From a virus (taxonomy: Duplodnaviria; Caudoviricetes): 45,775 nucleotides of DNA. The notes beneath the pieces were generated by a model, which was given only the letters and a program-made list of their open reading frames with translations, was not told the DNA's origin and made no database searches. Of the stretch, positions 7,415-15,306 are shown piece after piece; position 1 is the stretch's first letter; every line of letters begins with the position of its first letter. The translations under genes and the position numbers were made by a program. The stretch spans positions 1-45,775 of IMG/VR virus record IMGVR_UViG_3300017766_002962; one strand, 5' to 3'.

Positions 7415-8962
7415 ATGGCAACACGCCCATCCCCGGCTGACGAAAAGCTGCTTATGACGGAGTTGTGGGACCCACAAATCTCCGACGACCTTGAGGCGTT
7501 CGTCCTCTTTGCCTACCCATGGGGCAAAGCCGGCACGCCGTTGGAACATATGAAGGGTCCGCGCACCTGGCAGCGTGACGATTTGCAGGAAATCACCGAG
7601 CACATCCGGAACCAGAAGCACAAGATCGACCTTGAGATTCCGCCATCAATGTGGCAAAAGGCCACCACGTCAGGCCGCGGCCCCGGTAAGTCCGCCCTGG
7701 TGTCTTGGCTGGCCGACTGGATGCTCACGACGCGCCTCGGGTCCACCACGATCATCACGGCCAACACCGAACCGCAACTCAAGTCCCGTACTTTCGCTGA
7801 GCTCGGCCGCTGGACGACCATGCTCATCAACGCTCACTGGTGGGACAGCACCACGCTTTCCATTTTCCCGGCCAAGTGGTTCAAGGCCCTGCTCGAGTCG
7901 CAACTGAAAATCGACACCGGGTACTACTACATCCAGGGCCAACTCTGGTCGGAGGAAAATCCGGACGCTTTTGCCGGTGTCCACAACCACGCCGGGGTCA
8001 TGCTGCTCATGGACGAGGCCTCCGGTATTCCCAATTCGATCTTCAACGTCAGTGAGGGCTTCTTTACCGAGCCGATCCTGAACCGCTACTGGAACGTCTA
8101 TTCCAACCCGCGGCGCAACTCCGGTGCGTTCTTTGACATCTTCCACAACGAGGGGGCCATGGCCGTGTGGCGGCGTCGGCAGATCGACTCCCGTACCGTG
8201 GAAGGGACGGACCGCGCGGTGTTTGACAAGCTCATCGCGCAGCACGGCATCGACTCCGATGTCGTCAGGGTCGAGGTGCTTGGCCAATTCCCGAAGTCCG
8301 GCTCCAAGCAGTTCATCTCCAACGATGCGGTGAGTGGCGCTCAAACCCGGGAACTGGTTCAGGACGCCGGTGCTGCGCTGGTGATGGGTGTGGACATTGC
8401 GCGCTTTGGCGACGACAGCAGCGTGGCCCAGTTCCGCCAAGGCCGCGACGCCCGCTCCATCCCGCCCGTCCGCTGGAAGGGCTTTGACACGGTGCAGTCC
8501 GCGGAAAAAATCGCCGGCCTCATCGATACGTTCAATCCTGACGGGGTGTTTATCGACTCGGGCGCCGGCACTGGCGTCATCGACATCCTCAAGTCCAAGG
8601 GCTACCGGGTGACGGAGGTGTTCTTTGGCGGCAAGGCGTCAAGCCACGAGTGGGCGAATAAGCGCACGGAGATGTACGCCGAGGCAAGGGACTGGCTGCC
8701 GGGCGGCTGCCTGGATGGCGACCCGCTTCTCTTTACCGACCTGACGGCCGTGGATTACGACTACTACGGCCAGGGCAAGGACAAGATCATCCTCGAGCCC
8801 AAGGAAGTCCTCAAGGGAAAAATAGGCAGGAGCCCGGACGATGGCGATGCGTTCGTCCTGACCTTCGCCGCCAAGGTGGCCCGTCGTGATCTGTCCACCA
8901 GCCGCTTCCGGTCAAGGAACCGTATCGCCATCGGTGTGGACGAAAATCAGTTTGGCGAGTAG
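7415..8962 (+). CDS. terL: Terminase large subunit
   Basis: Walker A SGRGPGKS, Walker B LLMDEASG, coupling motif SNP, RNaseH-like GVDIARFGDD and SPDDGDA. Confidence 0.95.
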   Translation: MATRPSPADEKLLMTELWDPQISDDLEAFVLFAYPWGKAGTPLEHMKGPRTWQRDDLQEITEHIRNQKHKIDLEIPPSMWQKATTSGRGPGKSALVSWLADWMLTTRLGSTTIITANTEPQLKSRTFAELGRWTTMLINAHWWDSTTLSIFPAKWFKALLESQLKIDTGYYYIQGQLWSEENPDAFAGVHNHAGVMLLMDEASGIPNSIFNVSEGFFTEPILNRYWNVYSNPRRNSGAFFDIFHNEGAMAVWRRRQIDSRTVEGTDRAVFDKLIAQHGIDSDVVRVEVLGQFPKSGSKQFISNDAVSGAQTRELVQDAGAALVMGVDIARFGDDSSVAQFRQGRDARSIPPVRWKGFDTVQSAEKIAGLIDTFNPDGVFIDSGAGTGVIDILKSKGYRVTEVFFGGKASSHEWANKRTEMYAEARDWLPGGCLDGDPLLFTDLTAVDYDYYGQGKDKIILEPKEVLKGKIGRSPDDGDAFVLTFAAKVARRDLSTSRFRSRNRIAIGVDENQFGE

Positions 8963-8999
8963 AATGCGAAAATAGCAACATGTTGCGAAAGGACAAACT

Positions 9000-9236
9000 T
9001 TGGGCGGGATAGTCAAGTCGATATTTGGCGGAGGGGAGCCTGCGGCGCCAGCGCCCGCGCCCAATCCGACGCCGCCCGCCGCCCCGGACAACAGCGCAGC
9101 CCTGGCCGAGCGGGATGCTGCCGCGGAGTTGGAGCGCCAGCGCCGAATCAGCGTCGGCAAGTCCGCGACCAACCCAACCGGCGGCCTTGGCGACACCTCG
9201 ACGCCAAGCCTCGCGGCGAAAAGCCTTTTGGGGTAA
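9000..9236 (+). CDS. Small virion/assembly protein upstream of the portal
   Basis: TTG start with SD AAAGGA; Pro-rich, ends KSLLG; typical position in T7/BPP-1-like phages. Confidence 0.75.
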   Translation: MGGIVKSIFGGGEPAAPAPAPNPTPPAAPDNSAALAERDAAAELERQRRISVGKSATNPTGGLGDTSTPSLAAKSLLG

Positions 9237-10907
9237 GTGATGGACGCCAAGACCACCGCCACCGACAAAGAGCAGGACACCAAGACGCGGGAACTTGCCG
9301 AGCGCATCCTGCATCGCGCTGGCCAGTTGGAGTCGGATCGCGGCACGCTCGATTCGCATTGCGAGGAAGTGGCGAACGTCGTCTTGCCATCCTACCGGGG
9401 CACCTTCAATGGCCGCGGCGAGCAGACAAACCCGGGCGGCAAAAAGACCGAGCACCAGTACGATGCGACTGCTGCGCTTGCGCTAACTAAGTTCCAGGCC
9501 GTGATGGAGTCGATGCTGACGCCGCGCGGCTCGAAGTGGCATCGCATTGTGCCGGTGGACAAGTCGCTGATGCGCAACCGTCAGGTTCGCCTCTGGTACG
9601 AACAGGCGAATGATTTGCTGTTCGCCCACCGCAACGCGCCGCACGCCAATTTCCAGAGCCAGAAACAAGAGGACTACCTGCAGCTCGGGGCCTTTGGCAC
9701 GTCGTCCCTGTTCATCGACAAGTTCGCCGGCGGCAAGGGGCTGCGCTACACGATCTGCAACCTCGCGGATTCCTACTTCTGCCTCAACCACCAAGGCCAA
9801 GTGGACACCAAGTATCGCCGCCTGCGGTTGTCGGCGCGGCAGGCGTATCAGAAGTGGGGCGACAACACGCCCGCCGAAGTTCGCAACGTGCTCACGACGA
9901 ACCCGGACCGGATGTTCGTGTTCTGGCATTGCGTGGAACCGCGCACCGACATCCAGTACGGCCGCGTCGATTACAAGGGTATGCCGTATGCGTCCTACTA
10001 CGTATCGACCGCGGGCAAGCGTTTGATGGCCGAGGGCGGATACAACTCGTTCCCGTACAGCGTCAGCCGCCACGTCGTCGCCCCGGGCGAAACGTATGGC
10101 CGCAGCCCCGCGATGATGGTGCTGCCCAACATCAAAGTCCTCAACGAGCAGAAAAAGACCATCCTCAAGCAAGGCCACCGGGCGGTTGATCCTGTGCTGC
10201 TGGCCCATGACGATGGCGTGCTCGATGCGTTCAGCATGAAGCCAGGCGCGATCAACTACGGTGGCGTGGATGCGCAGGGCCGAAAACTGGTGCATGAACT
10301 CCCGGTGGGCAATCTCGCCATCGCCAAGGAGATGATGCAAGAGGAACGCATGATTATCAAGGATGCGTTCTACGTCACGCTGTTCGAGATTCTGGTCGAG
10401 GACCGCCGCGACATGACGGCCACCGAAGTGCTCGAGCGTGCCCGGGAGAAGGGCGTGCTGCTTGCCCCAGCCATGGGCCGGCAGCAAACGGAGGCCCTGG
10501 GGCCGCAGATCGAACGCGAGCTTGACTTGCTGATGATGCAGGGCCTCTTGCCGCCCATGCCTGAAATCCTGCGCCAGATGGACGCCGAGTACAAGACCGA
10601 GTACGACAGCCCGCTCTCGAAAGCCATGCGCGCCGAGGAAGCGTCGGGCTTCTACCGTACCGCCGAGTTTGCCTTGAAGATGGCCGCGGAAAGCCAGAAC
10701 CCGGCTTACCTTGATCACCTCGACGTGGACGCCGCGCTGCCCGAGATTGCCGACATCAACGGGGCGCCACTGCGCTGGATGAAGTCTGCGGAAGCTGTAG
10801 CCGAGGCCCGTGCGCAGCGCCAAGGCCAACAAGAAACGCAGCAGTTGATTGACGCGCTGCCGGGCATATCTGGCCTGGCCAAAGCGGGGGTAGGCGCTCC
10901 TGCGTAA
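9237..10907 (+). CDS. Portal (head-tail connector) protein
   Basis: 556 aa; LGAFGT, PGETYGRSPAM and MTATEV.ER..EK motifs of the T7 gp8/BPP-1 connector family. Confidence 0.95.
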   Translation: MMDAKTTATDKEQDTKTRELAERILHRAGQLESDRGTLDSHCEEVANVVLPSYRGTFNGRGEQTNPGGKKTEHQYDATAALALTKFQAVMESMLTPRGSKWHRIVPVDKSLMRNRQVRLWYEQANDLLFAHRNAPHANFQSQKQEDYLQLGAFGTSSLFIDKFAGGKGLRYTICNLADSYFCLNHQGQVDTKYRRLRLSARQAYQKWGDNTPAEVRNVLTTNPDRMFVFWHCVEPRTDIQYGRVDYKGMPYASYYVSTAGKRLMAEGGYNSFPYSVSRHVVAPGETYGRSPAMMVLPNIKVLNEQKKTILKQGHRAVDPVLLAHDDGVLDAFSMKPGAINYGGVDAQGRKLVHELPVGNLAIAKEMMQEERMIIKDAFYVTLFEILVEDRRDMTATEVLERAREKGVLLAPAMGRQQTEALGPQIERELDLLMMQGLLPPMPEILRQMDAEYKTEYDSPLSKAMRAEEASGFYRTAEFALKMAAESQNPAYLDHLDVDAALPEIADINGAPLRWMKSAEAVAEARAQRQGQQETQQLIDALPGISGLAKAGVGAPA

Positions 10908-11166
10908 CCTGGCGGAACTGGTCAAGCAGTTCATCTCCGATAGGGCGTATGCCTATCGGGCGGTGTTCCCGTTGGACAGCCCCATGGTGCAGACCGTCCT
11001 TGTGGACCTTCAACGCTTTTGCCGCGCCAACACCAGCACCGCCCATCCGGATCCGTACATGGCCGCGAGGCTCGACGGCCGGCGCGAAGTCTGGTTGAGG
11101 CTGCAACAGCACTTGCGCCTTGACGACGAAACCCTTTGGAAATTGTACGGCGGCGATAAGCCATAA
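10900..11166 (+). CDS. Bbp19-like protein; start uncertain (CTG 10900 or GTG 10963)
   Basis: AYRAVF...VLVDLQRFC...DGRREVWLRL; lies between portal and scaffold. Confidence 0.75.
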   Translation: MRNLAELVKQFISDRAYAYRAVFPLDSPMVQTVLVDLQRFCRANTSTAHPDPYMAARLDGRREVWLRLQQHLRLDDETLWKLYGGDKP

Positions 11167-11201
11167 AGGCTAAAGCCGTAACCACCTGAAAGGAAACACT
11201 C

Positions 11202-12101
11202 ATGAGTGATGCAGCCACGACCACTGAAACGACGACGGCCGCAACCACCGCGGCCACAACGGAAACGACCGCCGCGGCCACTGCGGCATCGGTTGCGACT
11301 GCGGAAACGCAGGTCGCTTTTAACTGGAAAGCATCTGGCGTAACGGACGATATCGTCCACAACTGGGTCACGGCGAAGGGGTACAAGGATCCCGCGGCGC
11401 TCGCGCAGTCCGCATATAACCTTGAAAAGCTGTACGGGGTTCCGGCGGAACAAATCATCAAGCTGCCCAAGAACATGACGCTCGAGGAAATGGGGCCGGT
11501 GTACGACCGCCTGGGCCGTCCGAAAACCGCGGCTGACTACAAAATCCCGGTGCCCGAAGGCGACAGTGGCGAGTTCGCCAAACAGGCGAGCGGCTGGTTC
11601 CATGAGCTTGGATTGTCGCAGGGCCAGGCGGAAAAGCTGGCCGCCAAGTGGAACGAGCACGTCGGCGGACTGACCAAGGCGCAGATGACCGAGTACACCA
11701 CCAAGGTCGAGGCCGACAAGAAGGCGCTCCTTGGCGAGTGGGGCGCGATGCACGACGCCAACATCGACATCGCCAAGCAAGCCGCCAAGACGTTCGGCAT
11801 GGACGAAGCGCAGATCAGCGCCCTGGAAAAGACGCTCGGGTTCGCAGGCGTCCACAAGTTCCTGTTCAACATCGGGTCCAAATTGGGCGAGGCCGAATTC
11901 ATCCAGTCGGGTGGCAAGGGTGGCGAAGGCTTCAAGGGCATGACACCTGAGATGGCCCGTCAGCAGATCGCCGCTTACCGTAAGGATGCGAACTTCGCCC
12001 GCCGGTTCAACAGCGCCGATCCGAGCGTGCAAGCCGAAGCGCGCGCCGAGATGGACCGCCTCACCAAGCTGGCCTACCCGGGCGAAGCCCCTGCGCGTTG
12101 A
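11202..12101 (+). CDS. Capsid scaffolding/assembly protein
   Basis: Thr/Ala-rich N-terminus; YDRLGRP..A.DY, ELGLS..QA and EWG motifs; lies between portal and major capsid gene. Confidence 0.85.
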   Translation: MSDAATTTETTTAATTAATTETTAAATAASVATAETQVAFNWKASGVTDDIVHNWVTAKGYKDPAALAQSAYNLEKLYGVPAEQIIKLPKNMTLEEMGPVYDRLGRPKTAADYKIPVPEGDSGEFAKQASGWFHELGLSQGQAEKLAAKWNEHVGGLTKAQMTEYTTKVEADKKALLGEWGAMHDANIDIAKQAAKTFGMDEAQISALEKTLGFAGVHKFLFNIGSKLGEAEFIQSGGKGGEGFKGMTPEMARQQIAAYRKDANFARRFNSADPSVQAEARAEMDRLTKLAYPGEAPAR

Positions 12102-12108
12102 CGAGATG

Positions 12109-12141
12109 TTGACAATTCCGAACCTTGGTGAGAAAATCGCA
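12109..12141 (+). promoter_or_regulatory. Sigma70 promoter overlapped by an operator
   Basis: TTGACA (12109-12114)-17-GAAAAT (12132-12137) with a TG extension; TGAGA-AAA-TCGCA at 12129-12141. Confidence 0.7.
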
Positions 12142-12143
12142 CC

Positions 12144-12314
12144 ATGAGTTCGGAACTGCGTCTTGAGATTTTGAAATTGGTTCACCGGCACGACCTCTCA
12201 CCGGAGGCAATCGTGACCAGGGCCAAGGCCATTGAGGCGTATGTCACCGAGCAGCAGAACGCACAGGTGCCCGAGAGGAAAACCTTGACGGCACCGAAGC
12301 CGGGAACCCGATAG
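12144..12314 (+). CDS. Small hypothetical protein (56 aa), probably leaderless
   Basis: MSSELRLEILKLVHRHDLSPEAIVTRAKAIEAYV...; ATG follows the -10 box by 6 nt and has no SD. Confidence 0.7.
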   Translation: MSSELRLEILKLVHRHDLSPEAIVTRAKAIEAYVTEQQNAQVPERKTLTAPKPGTR

Positions 12315-12446
12315 GGCCGGCTGACAGCGAGAAAGAACGCAGCCCACGGCGGGCGTCATAGCCGTAGAACGACCCGCGGAGCGCGACGCGAAGCGACAAG
12401 TCTTTCGAAAACGTGTTGATTTTTAACGCTTTTTTGGAGGACCATC

Positions 12447-13343
12447 ATGTCCGTCAATCTCCCGAATCACTATATTCAGTCGTACAGCAACAACGTACAA
12501 CTGCTCCTGCAAGTCAATGGTGGCAAGTTTGCCTCGGCCGTCACGCGCGGCAACTACGTGGGCAAGCAAGCATCCGTGGTTGACCAGTTCGGCAAGGTCG
12601 AGATGCAAAGCGTCACCACGCGCTTCGCGCCGATGGGCCGAGTGGATGCTTCCACCGACCGTCGTTGGGTGTTCCCCTCGGACTTCGATCTGCCGCAACT
12701 GATCGACAAGTTCGACAAGCTGCGCATGATCACGGACCCGGAATCGGTGTACGTGAAAAACGCCGTCAACGCGGCGATGCGCAAGTTCGACAGCCTGATC
12801 ATCACCGCCTTCCAGGCCACGGCCAAGACGGGCGAAACCGGCGGCACCTCGACCAGCTTTACCTCGGGCAACGAGGTGGACGTGGCCACGGGTGGCGCGA
12901 ACTCCCGCCTCAACGTCGCCAAGATCAAGGCGGTCCGCGAGCTCATGCAGACCAACTATGTGGACTTCGAGATGGAAGAAGCCTACATCGGCATCACCGC
13001 GAAGGACCACTCCGCGCTGCTCGATGACATCCAGGTCATTTCCAGCCAGTTCAAGAACGGCGACGCGCCGATCCTGCAATCGGGCCGCATCACCGAGTTC
13101 CTGGGCTTCAAGTTCATCCAGTCAGAACTGATCGAAACCATCGCGGCCGGCACCAACGAAGTGACGCTGCCGGGGTGGGTCAAGTCGGGCATGCACCTGG
13201 GTGTCTGGAACGAGATGGAAAACAGCATCGACGTTCGCGCCGATCTGCAGGGCCGCCCGTGGCAGCTCTACACCACGATGACCGCCGGTGCCACCCGCAT
13301 CGAGGAAAACAAGGTGTACGCCATCGAATCGTACCGCGCGTAA
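12447..13343 (+). CDS. Major capsid protein
   Basis: 298 aa with SD GGAGG; Y..NV.LLLQ, IDKFDKLRM..DP, FLGFKFI and GATRIEE motifs of the Bbp17-like capsid family. Confidence 0.92.
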   Translation: MSVNLPNHYIQSYSNNVQLLLQVNGGKFASAVTRGNYVGKQASVVDQFGKVEMQSVTTRFAPMGRVDASTDRRWVFPSDFDLPQLIDKFDKLRMITDPESVYVKNAVNAAMRKFDSLIITAFQATAKTGETGGTSTSFTSGNEVDVATGGANSRLNVAKIKAVRELMQTNYVDFEMEEAYIGITAKDHSALLDDIQVISSQFKNGDAPILQSGRITEFLGFKFIQSELIETIAAGTNEVTLPGWVKSGMHLGVWNEMENSIDVRADLQGRPWQLYTTMTAGATRIEENKVYAIESYRA

Positions 13344-13371
13344 TCCGGCCATCTGACGAAAGGAACTCAAC

Positions 13372-13872
13372 ATGGCAAACGTAAATTCAACCTGGATCAC
13401 CAACGCCGTTGCGACGCCCAAAGTGTTCACGGACGCCAACAAGTCCGCGGGCATTGCGAAGGTGGCCAAGTCGGCGGCCACGGTGTCCGCCACGCAAGCG
13501 AGCGGCGACACCATTCGCATGGTTCGCGTGCCCTCCAATGCGCGCATCGACGCGGTGCTGTTGACCACTGCCGACGCCACCACGGCCGGCAACGTGGACA
13601 TCGGCATCTACCAGACCGAGGAGAACGGCGGCGCCGTGGTCGATTCTGACCTGTTCGCTTCCGCGCTTGCCTTGACTGGCGGCCCGTTTGTTCGCTCCGA
13701 CCAGACGTTTGAGTCGGGCGAATACACCTACGCCGAGTCGGCCAAGCCGCTGTGGGAGGTGCTCGGCCTGACCAGCGACCCGGGCCGCGAGTACGACGTG
13801 GTGCTCAAAGTCACCACGACCGGCGACGGCATGGGCACGGTGGTTGTGCTTGAAGTCCACTACGCGATTTAA
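13372..13872 (+). CDS. Capsid cement/decoration protein (Bbp16-like, inferred)
   Basis: Beta-rich 166 aa directly after the major capsid gene. Confidence 0.6.
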   Translation: MANVNSTWITNAVATPKVFTDANKSAGIAKVAKSAATVSATQASGDTIRMVRVPSNARIDAVLLTTADATTAGNVDIGIYQTEENGGAVVDSDLFASALALTGGPFVRSDQTFESGEYTYAESAKPLWEVLGLTSDPGREYDVVLKVTTTGDGMGTVVVLEVHYAI

Positions 13873-13873
13873 C

Positions 13874-13905
13874 TGGCATGGCGGCCGCTTCGGCGGCTGC
13901 CGCCA
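13874..13905 (+). other. Strong UUCG hairpin after the capsid genes (pause or stability element)
   Basis: GGCGGCCGC-TTCG-GCGGCTGCC; no U-tract. Confidence 0.55.
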
Positions 13906-13929
13906 CCGAACATGAGTGCGAGGTGACAC

Positions 13930-14124
13930 ATGGCTGATCGTTTTTACTCCGTCGTCAAAGGCGAGGGGCTGCCCCATCAAGTGACCGAGGGGTCGTCCAC
14001 GTCATCCGAGGCGGTGGAGCTTCGCGTAGCCGATTCAATTTACGCCGACCGCCTCGCGGTGATCATCGGCGTGCGCGCGTTGCTCAACTACCTCGAAACC
14101 AAAGAAACCACGCCCATAGCGTAA
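13930..14124 (+). CDS. Small virion-associated hypothetical protein
   Basis: SD GAGG; 64 aa in the structural operon. Confidence 0.75.
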   Translation: MADRFYSVVKGEGLPHQVTEGSSTSSEAVELRVADSIYADRLAVIIGVRALLNYLETKETTPIA

Positions 14125-14134
14125 GGGAGAGCCT

Positions 14135-14710
14135 GTGAGCCGCTTGCTTCGCCTTCGCAGCACCATCGCGCGTCCCGCCGACAACACGGCCTATGCAGCG
14201 GGTGACGAGATCAGCAACCACGCTACCGCGGGTTCGGTCGTGCGCGCCACATTCAACCTTGCCGGGTTCACGCAGGGGCGCATCATGGCGGCCGACATCG
14301 ACCTCACGGCGGGCTCGGGCAACGTCGTCACCACCGCATCCGATTTTGAACTGGCCATCTTCCGCACCGACGAAGTGCCGGCGGCGGTGGGCGACAACGT
14401 GACTGCCCCGATGACCGCAGCGGATCGGGCGAAAGCCGTGGCTATCTTCCGCTTTGACGACACCGGCTGGACGGGACCGCTTGGCACCGTGGCGGCCGGC
14501 ACCTCGCAGTTTCAGGGCGTGATGTCGCACTTGGTTCAGCCCTTGGCCACCAACGTGCTGCAGGCCCCGTGGCCGGTCGGGTCGTTCTTCAGTTTTGATC
14601 CGGCAGTGCCGACGCGAACCTTTACGGCGGTGCTGCGTGCCCTGGCCGCCTGGACGCCCACCGGCATCATCAACACCTTCGGCATCACGCTCGACATCGA
14701 GGCCGAATAA
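14135..14710 (+). CDS. Virion-associated hypothetical protein (RPADNTAYAAGD motif)
   Basis: SD GGGAG; beta-rich; in the structural operon. Confidence 0.75.
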   Translation: MSRLLRLRSTIARPADNTAYAAGDEISNHATAGSVVRATFNLAGFTQGRIMAADIDLTAGSGNVVTTASDFELAIFRTDEVPAAVGDNVTAPMTAADRAKAVAIFRFDDTGWTGPLGTVAAGTSQFQGVMSHLVQPLATNVLQAPWPVGSFFSFDPAVPTRTFTAVLRALAAWTPTGIINTFGITLDIEAE

Positions 14711-14737
14711 CGGGCGCCGCCCGAAAGGGAAGCGCAC

Positions 14738-15304
14738 ATGGCATCTGACGTTTCCATCTGCAACCTGGCGCTGCAAAAACTAGGGGCGTCCGAGCAGATC
14801 ACTTCGCTGACCCAAGACAGCACCAACGCGCGCGCCTGCAACCTGTGCTTTGAGGACATGCGCGATGCCGAGTTGCGCGCGCACCCGTGGTCGTTCGCCC
14901 GCAAGTGGGCGGACCTGACCGCTGACAGTGACGCGCCCGTGTCTGACGATTACGCCTACGCCTTCACGCTGCCCACCGACTGCCTCAAGGTGCTGCCGCC
15001 CAACCGCAACGACCTTGACTGGCAAATTGCGGACGGCCAGATCCTCACCAACGATGGCACGTCCATCCAGATTCGCTACGTTCGCCGGGTGACTGACGCC
15101 AACGCCATGGACCCGGTGTTCCGCGACATGCTCGCCTGCCGCATTGCCAAACAAATCTGCAAGAAGGTCACAGGCTCCACGTCCGCAGTGGATGACGTGG
15201 ACAAGATGTACCGCATGGCGCGACTCGAGGCCCGCCGTGCCAACGCCTTTGAGCAGACTTCGGACGAGGCCCCGGAAGATACCTGGCTGACGGCGAGGCT
15301 GTAA
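14738..15304 (+). CDS. Tail tubular protein A (adaptor)
   Basis: SDVSICNLALQKLG...HPWSFA...LP.DCL pattern (T7 gp11/P22 gp4-like). Confidence 0.9.
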   Translation: MASDVSICNLALQKLGASEQITSLTQDSTNARACNLCFEDMRDAELRAHPWSFARKWADLTADSDAPVSDDYAYAFTLPTDCLKVLPPNRNDLDWQIADGQILTNDGTSIQIRYVRRVTDANAMDPVFRDMLACRIAKQICKKVTGSTSAVDDVDKMYRMARLEARRANAFEQTSDEAPEDTWLTARL

Positions 15305-15306
15305 CC

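Noticed and set aside
11205-11310. ACC/ACG/GCC-rich repeats as a possible array
   Set aside because: They encode the low-complexity Thr/Ala N-terminus of the scaffold protein
13874-13905. Intrinsic terminator after the capsid genes
   Set aside because: Strong hairpin but no U-tract on either strand; kept only as a generic hairpin
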